Assembly: GCA_049724395.1 (NCBI GenBank)
Contig: JAUGWO010000056.1
Coordinates: 62,001-82,320, forward strand
Reading direction: 5' to 3'
Source of the DNA: Spongospora subterranea f. sp. subterranea
Lineage: Eukaryota
Length of the DNA stretch: 20,320 bases
Position numbers and translations under genes: made by a program. Under the pieces are notes generated by a model, which did not search any database, was not told the origin of the DNA, and worked only from the letters and a program-made list of their open reading frames with translations. Shown here piece after piece: positions 1 through 11,700 of this stretch (positions are counted from its first letter, which is position 1; each line of letters opens with the position of its first letter).

Positions 1-355
1 CATTATGCAGTATCCCTCTTACAAGATACGCCACATGTGGTTAAATATAACCACATTATGCAGTGTCCCTCTTACAAGATACGCCACATGTGGTTGAATA
101 TAACCACATTATGCAGTATCCCTCTTACGATACGCCCCATTTAAATACAACCACATACGCAGTGATCCTCACCAGATACGCCACATGTGGTTGAATTAAC
201 CACATTATGCAGTATTTGGTCTTGGATCCCTCTTACAAGATACGCCACATGTGGTTGAATATAACCACATTATGCAGTGTCCCTCTTACAAGATTCGCCA
301 CATGTGGTTAAATATAACCACATTATGCAGTATCCCTCTTACAAGATACGCCACA
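1..355. repeat. 53-bp tandem repeat, about 6.5-7 units, runs off the left edge
   Basis: Unit CATTATGCAGTATCCCTCTTACAAGATACGCCACATGTGGTTAAATATAACCA recurs at 1, 54, 107 and onward. Units at ~130-230 are degenerate. Each unit contains the palindrome CCACATGTGG and, across the unit junction, the inverted repeat ATGTGGTT-N6-AACCACAT. Confidence 0.95.
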
Positions 356-3300
356 CCAGCGAATCCACTTGTTTTGACGCTTCGTTCAATGTGTATAGGT
401 CACGATTGTGGTTTTCTGTCATCTCCAATTGCAGTTTAGACAACGATAAGAGTGAATCGTGTTGAGTTTCATATCCTGTCTCAATTGCTTGTTTCGCGAG
501 TTTGTCAATCTCTTTGCTATTGACAGCAGCGCCAATTGTTGAATTGACTAGCGAATTCGTAGCAATCAAGTGTTATCGTCTAGACCCACATTTAATCTTT
601 GCGATGCCGGGATAGGAAGATTTGAAGGGCGTTTTTAAACGAAACAAGATGTTACGAACTACCCGCTATTTATTTTCTCTCATAAACGGGTTGAAACAAC
701 ATGGCATGTCGAATGTCCCTCTCTCCTACGATATTGGCTTCGATAAGCAGCCACAACGTTATACAGCAACTAGTGCTGCAGAGCAACGCACCTATGAAAT
801 GCAGAACTAAATCACAAAATATTGAATAGATTGGAGAGAATAATCGGGTATCTGAACCCTGGTGAATGACAATTAAAACCGTTCGTCTCACCCTCAACTC
901 TGAACTCATCCTTGCCCGTTGGCGAACCGCCCTACTGTTGCGCCATCCCATTCCTTCAATGCGTGTCCTCAACTTGTTGGGTTTGCTGCTTGTGGCGATC
1001 AGATCGACTCGATCTGTGACAACCGAACCTGGTCATGGTTGGGACGAACCGCTTGGCTCAGGTCAAACCAAAGTCGCTACAAGAATCGCCTCCTCCACAT
1101 TTTCGGTATGGATGGCGGAATTACGCGACAAAGAATTGCCAAATTCTGAGATCATTGGTCCATGCAGGACACCATGTCGCCATCGCTGGAGTGGAAAATG
1201 CTCCATGACAAGACCCAAAATTCACCATTTCCAGTATTCGAATATGCGACATGGGAGTCCGATTGGCTGAAAGGCACGTTTGATTATTTCAATAACAATC
1301 GTGTCGACCAGTGTGATGAAAGTTCTGCGATGAATGTATGAATGTAATTGCTCAGTTCATCCTCAAAAAGAGATTCGGCTAGTTAAGTGCGTTTTTAGGA
1401 ATGGCACTCGAGCCCGGGTTTGAAAATTGACGAGTCCCATATCAGTTTGAATTCGCAACTGCTGAACCAAGAGGGCGAGAACTTCGATTGCCTTATCGAT
1501 GCAAATCAAATTTCTATTGATTCGCAAATTTTGCCGCCAAAAGACATCCTCGAGAATCTCGTGCCCGATCACAGAAACGCCCACCAGTTTTGTGACAGTT
1601 CTTCCAGAAATTTGGCCGTTCAGTCCATGTCCAAATTGTGTTTGGGATTGCTAAGTTCGTTTTAGGATTTGACCCCGAACACGAGTTCAAACCGTGATGC
1701 ATCCCGTATCAGTATTGATGATCAACAGTCAATTGAAAGCGTAGAGGGCAAAACTTTCGATTGCCGCATTGAAAATACGATTATTTCGAAAATCCAGCCT
1801 GTTGACGTTCGTGAAAATTTCGTGCCAGTAAGAGATTGCCGAGAATCGTGATCACCAATATCTTATTATATGGCGTGCTAGGATGGATTTTACTGCTGCA
1901 GACTCACAAAATGGTTAAGGTTCGTCAATTCACGTACTTGGTTGGATTGAAATTGCTCTGTCCGCTCCTAAACTGGGACCTGGATGAGGTTAAAGACTAT
2001 GAGAGCCTCTGTGTGTTTCTGGTCAGAACTCTGGTTCACCGCTCTGTCTGGGATTTGATAATCACAAACGGTATCGTCTGTTTAGGGAAAGGAGACGAAT
2101 TCAGAACAGGTCGAGTTTCACAACAGTGTCGCAATGACGGAACACATATTACAAGTACTGTTGCTCGGAAAGTCTGGGCGTGATACCGTTGAGGAAGGAC
2201 CAAACAGCATCGATGTTCCTGATACTACGCTAATTACCAAGGCAAAGAGCACCCTGCAAAAACTTATCAAAATTTCGAATTTCGTTTCGAAACTGGTCTC
2301 TTGCAGAAAACCGCTCAGTAGTTTCAGTCCTAAGGTGATTTTTTGTCTCAAGCGCACCTGTATCCCCGTCCTTCAATGTCTTGTGAAATGTTGTGGCAAA
2401 GACATGGACCTGTTCCAGACACGTTGGGGAACGCATTTCAAGCACAGTAATTTTGGATTGAAATGCTGCCCCGGTCGTCGATTAAACCATAACACGTGCG
2501 GTTCCCAGATGACGAAAATCGTTAGAATCCCTGACTACAGGTTTTCATTCGTCGTTTTTGAGAAAAACTGATGAATATTTTGTGCTTTCAGAGGAAATTA
2601 CTCCGAGTTGTTGGATCTCAATGCTCTTATTCATGCTGTTTATATGTCAACAACCTCAGAAGCCAAACTCAAACTGTGTTGTGAATTCAACCAGAAATAC
2701 CTGTCAAGCGGCCCCATGGCTCGGAATCGTAACCGACAATACTATAATCGGTCTACGAAACCCATCTGGGGGTGTTTTGTTCATCACTGTGGTCAAAATA
2801 TAAATGAATGGATTCGAAAATGGGGCCCTCATTTCGCGCATGGGGAATTCAGATTGCGGAAATGTCAGGGCCTGGAGTCCCGTTGTTGCGGGTTGATCGA
2901 CCCTCCATTTGATATTCCAGCAAGATTTGATCTTGGCTACAAAACAACCCGAGACTCCCTTCCAGCGCTTTCCGAAATTTTCGAAAAGTATACTCAGTTC
3001 GTGATTGCGAAGACAGCATCAATGAGATCGGCTCATCCGGCTTTAACCTTTTTTATCAGAGCATGTCGTCCTGTTTACAATTGTTTACATCGTCATTGCG
3101 ATGGAAGTGTTGAGGAATTTGTTCGCAGATGGGGAGAATCAAGATTGTACAGCAAGTTCAGTCGCGATTGCTGTCCTGGAACAGGCAGAACGGAATCTGA
3201 TATCTGTCAATGGTCATCCCAATGTTAGATAAGTGTTGACCCTTTAATTGACTCAACAAACAAAGTAGATGAAGTCAAACAAACAAATAAACCTGATGGG

Positions 3301-3570
3301 CCTAAGGGTAGTTTCACAAGGGTTATATGTTTATTTTCTTGTATTCATATCGACTTTTTTCCGTGGGATTCCGTATTTTTTCAGTCTTATTCTGTCCAAA
3401 ATTGGCCGAGATACGTATGTGGATTCAACACCTCTCTTCGCTAGGGTCTAGGAAGGCAACTCACTCTCGATTGATGTCCTGAATACAACTGGAAAACGCA
3501 TCACGACCAATCGACGTGTCGACATAGGATAGAACCGATGGTTGTCGGAATAATCATAATGGGTTATGAA
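356..3570 (+). repeat. Segmental duplication copy A (direct repeat of 8791-11964)
   Basis: Collinear similarity from CCAG..TCCACTTGTTTTGACGCTTCG (356/8791) to ATGGGTTATGAA (3570/11964). Paired ORFs in the track, e.g. 866/9297, 1669/10093, 2608/10994. Confidence 0.97.
959..3228 (+). CDS. Putative secreted ~640-aa protein with three Cys/His/Trp repeats, copy A (7 exons; one apparent frameshift near 1888-1891)
   Basis: Exons 959-1105, 1168-1335, 1399-1617, 1666-1827, 1882-2021, 2086-2540, 2592-3228. All six introns (48-64 bp) are GT-AG and phase-compatible, and together they remove all in-frame stops. N-terminus MRVLNLLGLLLVAIRSTRS-VTT resembles a signal peptide. Exon 5 has two more T than copy B, which shifts the frame. 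Confidence 0.75.
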
Positions 3571-4449
3571 GTGAGATATTATATATCCAGCCAACTTGTA
3601 GCGGCCAGGCTGAAGTAGGGTAAACCTGGTAGTACACAGAATTACCCAACCCATAAGAACCCGCGAACATTTGTATACCATACCATACTATCCAGCCAAC
3701 AATTACACTTGAAGCGAATGTTCGATATTGACCATTGCGGGCGAGGGAATCTGTTGCCATAATTCACCTGGAGGGTAACGGTCAAGGTAGGATTCCAATA
3801 ACACGACATCGCCAACCACGACACTATTTCATAAATCTGAGCCGTCATTTCCCTTGGATGCGATTTGGTCACCCGAGCTCCTCCGCCTTCAAATGTCAAC
3901 CTTTCCTCAGGTATGATCTAAGCCTATGTCGCTGAAATACGCTCCGAATTCCATCAACTTGCATCGCCAGGTCTCATTGATTCGTTTTGGTAATGGTGCA
4001 CAACGACAGAGATTAGCGACGTGCTCCAATCGCAACAATTGGAATTGGTGTTCTAGTTCTATACTCCGTTCATATACGAGTTTCAGTTGACCAATTAGGG
4101 CATATGGCGAAGGTCCTGCCATTGCCATGCTTTACTTCCTAAGTCATTACGAAGCGTTTTTACTGGTAACCAACAGCTCGGTATTGTAGCTTTCTAATCA
4201 TGTTTGAGACCAATGGTGAACACTCGACGACATACTGAAGTGGATGATTCTCAGTCGAGCACACTCTTACTCCCAGTCAACTTGCCTGTCCGGCGGATCG
4301 CCGGTATTGTTTGCTTGTTGAAGCCCCTAAATGAAAAAATGTTGGTCCTCAATCAATTGAGAGAATTTCCTTGGACAACAATCCGCTTACGAATAACTTG
4401 TCACAGCACGACCTAAGGTACATGGCGAATCTATAACTGCTGTTTCACT

Positions 4450-4900
4450 CAAAAGCACAAATAATCTCATTCGCCTGCAAACCTTTGCAGAATTTGAAAT
4501 GGGAAATTCGCTCCAAGAAATGACGGGTTAAGAGGTCAAAGCTCATTTGAAGCAAATCCTGAAAACACATCCGTGCCTTGAGGCGCTGATGCTGATGGAC
4601 GAATACAGTCATAAGTCGTAATGGAGATACGACAACAAGATCGTATAATTGCTCTTTTCTCCAGGATGGATGAACTGCTAGAAGATCTTGGGATCGCGAA
4701 CGTGTTCGCTGACGATAGAGGAATCAAAAAGAATATCAAATATCTCATCAACGGCATTCAACCGAATAGTTTGAAAATAATGGTCGAACATTCTTCTCAA
4801 TCCCAACTTGCTCGACAAGATGAAGCTGCATTCTACAACATAGTTCTTTCCACCCTAACACTCAAATTCCATCTCAAACAAGCACAGTACTGGCACATTT
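4450..4900 (+). mobile_element. Degenerate gag-like fragment of an LTR retrotransposon (Gypsy-like)
   Basis: DRIIALFSRMDELLEDLGI...KKNIKYLINGIQPNSLKIMVE...ARQDEAAFYNIV resembles, from memory, the capsid-like gag region of oomycete/protist Gypsy elements. The upstream part (RLQTFAEFEMG...*EVKAHLKQIL) is broken by a stop and a frameshift. Sequence to ~5500 may be a decayed continuation. Confidence 0.5.
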
Positions 4901-5934
4901 TGGAAAACAGTTTCAAAAACCCGAAAACTCTTTCGCTGGGCGAAATACCTAAGGAGGACGTTTCATACCGAATTAGTTTTGAGAGAATCCACCCCTCGCA
5001 CATTGGATGCAAGTTTATCACGTAAGCGATGTCCGAACAAATGAAAGTTGCTTACGATAACAAGAGCTGAAACAGCGAAAACACCAGTTGAAAGCACTAA
5101 TAACAAACTAGAGAGATATTTTATGGAGAAAAAGCAAGTTATATTCCCAAACAAGATCTCTCAATCCCATATTTGAACTCGAGGAACGCGCATCAAAAAC
5201 GACGTTGTCAGCCAAAAGGGTGTGTTATCTGCGTTGTGGCCCTGTGATGATAACAACTCTTGATCCTCCCCTAACTTGCAAACTGGACACCACCTTCAAA
5301 ACACCAACACACAATACCTGTGAACAAAGAAGGCAACAAAGAAGTTCACTGATCCATCAATACAAACGATCGCACCCCAAAAGCAAAGCCATGGACCTCA
5401 GCGTACCTTGTTTGAGACGTAATCGGGATAGGAAACTGTGCCCTGGAAGCGATCCGAACATCTGGGGCCATTCCCAACTCATCCGTTCAATGATTGATAA
5501 AGTATATCTGTCAATACTACACCACAGACGATATTGAACAATGCAGGATTATTACATATCACGAGGGAATCACACTGGATGATTACCTCGATATAATGCA
5601 GCAAGATTGTCAATGGGCTAGACTTTTCGAGCTCGCGATCCGCATTGAGACCCTTTTGAAGTTGGTGCTGCCATCCCTATCTGCCAGTAGCTAGAACTCG
5701 CTGCCGTACCTGGCCATCGGTCGGCGACCTGGCGCAGGTTTTCCAAACGTCTGGCTGTCGTAGTGGTCTTATTCGGGTCGTCAACTTCGAGCTCAGGGCT
5801 TGGACGAACTGTGGGAAGTCTTGGAGTACCGGGTCCTACCGTTCGAAAAACGGCGAGAACCACAGCAGGGCGTTCCCTTTCAGGAAATCTGCCACCAGCA
5901 TCACCTTGTCGGAATCGGTAGCATATGTCGCTGC

Positions 5935-6261
5935 AAAACTGTCCGAATTCATTTGAAGCTTCAATAAACAGGTGTTCGTTATTGATTAGTAAAATCATTA
6001 TGTATTGTAGATCTAGTAATTTCGACCATAGTCATTTCGTCATCATCATCCAATAGAGGGTGATTCTCACGAGCCATCGTCCTTCCAACACGCCCTCTCG
6101 ATGGTGAGCCCAAGGACCGCGGGTCGTAGACGGTCAAATATTGTCGCGTTGAGGGCCTTAGTCAAAAGATCTGCTCTCATGTCCTCTGTCGGACAGTTCC
6201 TGTCGTCGATTTCACCTGCCGCGATCAGGTCTCTTGTATAACGGAAACACACGTCGATATG
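5935..6261 (-). mobile_element. Inverted copy of the Copia RNase H/PPT/partial LTR
   Basis: Reverse complement of 6297-6623; includes ORF 6067-6252(-). Confidence 0.9.
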
Positions 6262-6623
6262 TCAGCGCGTCTATCCCGGATCCTGCCGGGCCAGCTCATA
6301 TCGACGTGTGTTTCCGTTATACAAGAGACCTGATCGCGGCAGGTGAAATCGACGACAGGAACTGTCCGACAGAGGACATGAGAGCAGATCTTTTGACTAA
6401 GGCCCTCAACGCGACACCATTTGACCGTCTACGACCCGCGGTCCTTGGGCTCACCATCGAGAGGGCGTGTTGGAAGGACGATAACTCGTGTGAATCACCC
6501 TCTATTGGATGATGATGACGAAATGACTATGGTCGAAATTACTAGATCTACAATACATAATGATTTTACTAATCAATAACGAACACCTGTTTATTGAAGC
6601 TTCAAATGAATTCGGACAGTTTT
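5935..6623. repeat. Long inverted repeat: arms 5935-6261 and 6297-6623 (327 bp each), 35-bp spacer
   Basis: The arms are reverse complements with no indels; I count about 5 mismatches. The same peptide (CFRYTRDLIAAGEIDDRNCPTEDMRADLLTKAL) appears on both strands in the ORF track. Confidence 0.97.
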
Positions 6624-6664
6624 TCAAACTCAGAGTAAAGCTAAAAAATAAACGCTTATCAACA
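6297..6664 (+). mobile_element. Ty1/Copia retrotransposon 3' end: RNase H C-terminus, polypurine tract and LTR
   Basis: HIDVCFRYTRDLIAAGEI..NCPTEDMRADLLTKAL...FDRLR..LGL is the canonical Copia RNase H terminus (KHIDIRYHF.R...CPT..M.AD.LTK.L). It is followed by purine-rich GAGAGGGCG (6459-6467) and TGTTG at 6468. Candidate LTR end is CAACA at 6660-6664, just after AATAAA; alternative end is AACA at ~6585. Confidence 0.9.
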
Positions 6665-7744
6665 ATAACATTGATTCAGTCAATAGAAAATCAGCAATAA
6701 CCACGAGATTTATTACACAAGGGAGGACCAGCGGACTGAGGAATCTGTCCATGAGGCCAATGCTCTACCGGAATGAATCGGCGGACGAAGTCAGTCGATA
6801 TCAAAGATTCCCTCGACCAGAAAGGCAAAAGGCACCCCATCGAGATCGCTTGACTGCAGAACGCGTAATCCATTGCTGATTGGCATTTCGCAGCATGAAT
6901 GTGATGACACTTTCACTATTAAAGTAAGTCACTGATTATTGTATGTTGTTCTCACATATTGAATGCTCGTGCAATGCAGTCATCGGTGGGATCGGGGGTA
7001 CACCAACCGATAATCTTAGCCGAGATGGACTTTTGTTTCGGCTTTGTAAACGGCTGTCTATGAACTGGGATTGCGCTATCTGCTTGGCGTAAACATGTCC
7101 AGCAATCGATCCTCAATGCCACAGTGGAAATGGATTCAGACATTCGCAATGCCTTCATATCACAGATTGACACTTGCGACTTTCTACCACTTGCAAGATA
7201 TCGGTGTCGGTTTCTTCAACACATTCTATGTCAGGCTTCCTTGGTGATGGTGATTCTCAGTTCGGCTTCTTCATTTTCGTTCTAGTCCAGACGAAGCAAT
7301 TATTATGCGAGGTTCAGATCCAAATCTTTCACTGCAGAAGGTGTGACCACACAACGGGCAGAGTCCAACAATGCAACCAACAAAAAATCTGGTCTCAACA
7401 GTCGCATATTGCAAAGTTCAATTTAAACCAGATAATTAGGCAGACCATTTCGTGTTCAAAAGGCAAGATTGGGCTTTGTGCGAGAAAATTAAAGGTGAGT
7501 TTTGACGATCGGAGGAAGGGGCAGAACCTTCTGATCAGTGAGTATGAGCCCGTACTTGCATCTCCGTCTTTTGTACGGCTCCCCTATGACAATCATGCCG
7601 ATTTTTTGATGAGGCTGATAACAAAAGAAAAGTGAATCCACAAGAATTGATTACCTGATTTTAAGTATACCGATGATGATCACGATAAGTGTCCTCAGGT
7701 GATCAACATACAATGTGACACAAATTGAATGGAGCAGCATCTGG

Positions 7745-8137
7745 CATGAAGACAAAACCGTCAAATTGAACCAACATTGATTAGTGACCCGATCTGCCAT
7801 TCAAAGGATGCCGGCAACTGTAGATGAAAACTAACGCCTACCTCACGGAATATATACTTCGTTAGAATTGAAATACATTGAATGTGGATGGAGAAAGAAC
7901 ATATTCGTTGCGTTAAACTAAAATTTGGTGTTGAGGGACATTCGTGGCGCTCATAAAATATCAAACACACAGCGAATCAAAGGGACTTCAAGTTTCAGAG
8001 AGAATTGCGAATGTGCAGCGCAACACGAATTGGTGACATGACCTGACGTGCAAAGTATGAAGGAAGGGGTAATGAAAACTGTTGGGAACTTGGGGTCGTT
8101 AGAATTTGAAGTAAACAACGTGCATCAACTCAGTCCG
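7745..8137. repeat. Dispersed repeat, diverged inverted homolog of 17068-17432
   Basis: CCGTCAAATTGAA..GATCTGCCATTCAAAG..CTGTAGATGAAAACT, GAATCAAA..TTCA..CAGAGAGA and ATGAAAACTG..GGGAAC..ACTCAGTCCG match the reverse complement of 17068-17432 in the same order. Confidence 0.8.
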
Positions 8138-8671
8138 GGTGGTGTCTGGCAATCCACCCATCCTAACAACGATGAATGTTGCCCTGCGAGAATTAGAGCT
8201 ATGAATCTAACATCTAACGAATAATTGAACCCATCACCAATGAGATTGGCTCTCGGTTCTCTACATTTAATATCGTGTTGGATTTTCAAAGGAAATTACG
8301 AGTTCTGAGGAATTTTGTCGAATTGATCACCTAAATTGAAAAGATCGCATGACTTTATTCCAGACCTTCGTCCTTGCGTCTAGACTACTTTCCTCATCAA
8401 TAGTGGCTTCACAATAGCTGCTGAAGAAGCAAACGAGGCTCGTAAAGGGCATTTGGAACTCCCCGCGCGAAGCTTGTCCCATTGAGCAGCACCAGCCTTG
8501 ACGCACGTCGAACATTTGCCTTTCTTACGCCGAATCAACCAGGATTTATTGAAAATAAACTACTTAAATACAACAACATGGTTTGCGTTGCCTGCTCCAT
8601 TAGATGAGCCAATACCTGTTGATATCATCCGATCACCCCTGCCTCTTTTCCTAAGGTGAAGCACTGGAACA

Positions 8672-8781
8672 GTTAAAATAATTTTGATTTCGGTCAGAAA
8701 TTGGGGATCGAGGTTTTTTTATCATTATAAAAACGATGGTGTTGTTTGTTTTTGGTGAGCCACGATCTTCGAAGTGGTCTA
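8672..8781. repeat. Dispersed repeat, inverted homolog of 16538-16646
   Basis: GTTTGTTTTTGGTGAGCCACGATC(T/C)TCGAAGTGGTCTA is shared in opposite orientation. The peptide DHFEDRGSPKTN appears in ORFs 8651-9004(-) and 16456-16857(+). Confidence 0.9.
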
Positions 8782-8790
8782 TCCGGATAT

Positions 8791-11700
8791 CCAGGAAGTC
8801 CACTTGTTTTGACGCTTCGTTCAATATATATTGGTAACAATTGCGGTTTTCTGTCATCTTCAATTGTAGTTCAAACGACGATAAGAGTGGATCGTGTTGA
8901 GATTCATATCCTGTCTCTATTGCTTGTTTCGCGAGTTTGTCAATCTCTTTGCTATTGACAGCAGCGACAATTGTTGAATTGACTAGCGAATTCGTAGCAA
9001 TCAAATGTTATCGTCTAGGCCCACATTTAATCTTTCCGATGCCGGGATAGGAAGATTTGAAGGGCGTTTTTAAACGAAACAAGATGTTACGAACTACCCG
9101 CTATTTATTTTCTCTCATAAACGGGTTGAAACAACATGGCATGTCGAATGTCCCTCTCTCCTACGATATTGTTTTTTTTTAAGCAGCCACAACGTTAAAC
9201 AGCAACTAGTAGAGCAGCGCACCTATCAAATGCAGAACTAAATCACAAAATATTGAATAGATTGGAGAGAATAATCGGGTATCTGAACCCTGGTGAATGA
9301 CACTTAAAACCGTTCGTCTCACTCTCAACTCTGAACTCATCCTTGCCCGTTGGCGAACCGCCCTACTGTTGCGCCATCCCATTCCTTCAATGCGTGTCCT
9401 CAACTTGTTGGGTTTGCTGCTTGTGGCGATCAGATCGACTCGATCTGTGACAACCGAACCTGGTCATGGTTGGGACGAACCGCTTGGCTCAGGTCAGGCC
9501 AATGCCGCTACAAGAATCGCCTCCTCCACATTCTCGGTATGGATGGCGGAATTACGCGACAAAGAATTGCCAAATTCTGAGATCATTGGTCCATGCAGGA
9601 CACCATTTCGCCATCGCTGGAGTGGACAATGCTCCATGACAAGACCCACAATTTACCATTTCCAGTATTCGAATATGCGACATGGGAGTCCGATTGGCTG
9701 AAAGGCACGTTTGATTATTTCAATAACAATCGTGTCGACCAGTTTGATGAAAGTTCTACGATGAATGTAATCGTTCAATTCATCCTCATAAAGAGATTCG
9801 GCGTGTTAAGTGCGTTTTTAGGAATGGCACTCGAGCCCGGGTTTGAAAATTGACGAGTCCCATTTCAATATCGATTCTCAACAGTTGAGCCAAGATGGCG
9901 AGAACCTCGATTGCCTTATCGATTCAAATCAAATTTCAATTGATTCGGAAATTTTGCCGCCAAAAGACTTTCTCGAGAATCTCGTGCCCGATAACACAAA
10001 CGACCACCAGTTTTGTGACAGTTCTTCCAGAAACTTGGCCGTTCAGTCCATGCTCAAATTATGTTCGCGTTTGCTAAGTTCGTTTTTAGGACTTGACCCC
10101 GAACACGAGTTCAAACCGTGATGCATCCCGTATCAGTATTGATGATCAACAGTCAATTGAAAGCGTAGTGGGCAAAACTTTCGATAGCGGCATTGAAAAT
10201 TCGATTATTTCGAAAATCCAGCCAGTTGACGTTCGTGAAAATTTCGAACCAGTAAGAGATTGCCGAGAATCGTGATCACCAATATCTTATTATATGGCGT
10301 ACTAGGATGGATTACCGCTGCAGACTCACAAAATAATTAGAGTTCGTAATTCCAAGTACTTGGTTGGATTGAAATTGCTCTGTCCGCTCCTAAACTGGGA
10401 CCTGGAGGAGGTTAAAGACTATGAGAGCCTCTGTGTGTTTCTGGTCAGAACTCTGGTTCCCCGCTCTGTCTGGGATTTAATGATTACCAACGGTGTCGTC
10501 CGTTTAGGGAAAGGATACGAATTCAGAACAGGTCGAGTTTCACAACAATGTCGCCATGACGGAACACATATTACAGGTACTGTTGCTCGGAAAGTCTGAG
10601 CGGGATACCGTTGAGGTCGGACAAACCAGCGTCGATGCTCTTGATCCTACGCTAATTACCAAGGGAAAGAACACCCTGCAAAAACTTATCCCTAATTTCG
10701 AATTTCGTATCGAAACTGGTCTCATGCAGAAAATCGCTCAGTAGTTTCAGTCCTAAGGTGAATGTTTGTCTCAAGCGCACCTGTATCCCCGTCCTTCAAT
10801 GTCTTGTCAAATGCTGTGGCAAAGACATGGACCTTTTCCAGACACGTTGGGGAACGCATTTCAAGCACTGTAGTTTTGGAGCGAAATGCTGCCCCGGTCC
10901 TCGACTAAACCATAACACGTGCGGTTCCCAGATGACGAAAATCGTTAGAACCCCTGACAACAGGTTTTCATTCGTCGTTTTTGAGAAAAACTGATGAACC
11001 TTTGTGCTTTCAGAGGAAAAGACTCCGGTGATTTGGTTCTCAATGCTCTTATTCATGCTGTTTCTATGTCAACAACCTCAGAAGCCAAACTCAAACTGTG
11101 TTGGGAATTCAACCAGAAATTCCTGTCAAGTGGCCAGATGGCTCGAAATCGTAACCGACAATACTATAATCGGTCTACGAAACCCATCTTGGGGTGTTTT
11201 GTTCATCACTGTGGTCAAAATATAAATGAATGGATTCGAAAATGGGGCCCTCATTTCGCGCATGGGGAATTCAGATTGCGGAAATGTCAGGGCCTGGAGT
11301 CCCGTTGTTGCGGATTGATCGACCCTCCATTTGATATTCCAGCAAGATTTGATCTTGGCTACAAAACAACCCGAGACTCCCTTCCAGCGCTTTCCGAAAT
11401 TTTCGAAAAGTATACTCAGTTCGTGATTGCGAAGACAGCATCAATGAGATCGGCTCATCCGGCTTTAACCTTTTTTATCAGAGCATGTCGTCCTGTTTAC
11501 AATTGTTTACAACGTCATTGCGATGGAAGTGTTGAGGAATTTGTTCGCAGATGGGGAGAATCAAGATTCTACAGCAAGTTCAGTCGCGATTGCTGTCCTG
11601 GAACAGGCAGAACGGAATCTGATATCTGTCAATGGTCATCCCAAGGTTAGATAAGTGTTGACCCTCCAATTGACTCAACAAACAAAGTAGATGAAGTCAA

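Noticed and set aside
1..355. CRISPR array
   Set aside because: Units repeat head-to-tail with no unique spacers; no cas genes; eukaryotic context.
251..465. ORFs 251-439 and 277-465 as genes
   Set aside because: They are translations of the 53-bp repeat running into flanking DNA.
3570..4420. Short ORFs on both strands as genes
   Set aside because: No recognisable motifs and no consistent exon chain found; left unannotated.
5935..6623. MITE or DNA transposon with long TIRs
   Set aside because: The arms are Copia coding/LTR sequence, and no target-site duplication is evident at the outer ends.
8380..8550. Zinc-knuckle-like peptide KGKCSTCVKAG...GSSKCPL on the minus strand
   Set aside because: Short, lacks the expected His, and has no supporting gene structure.
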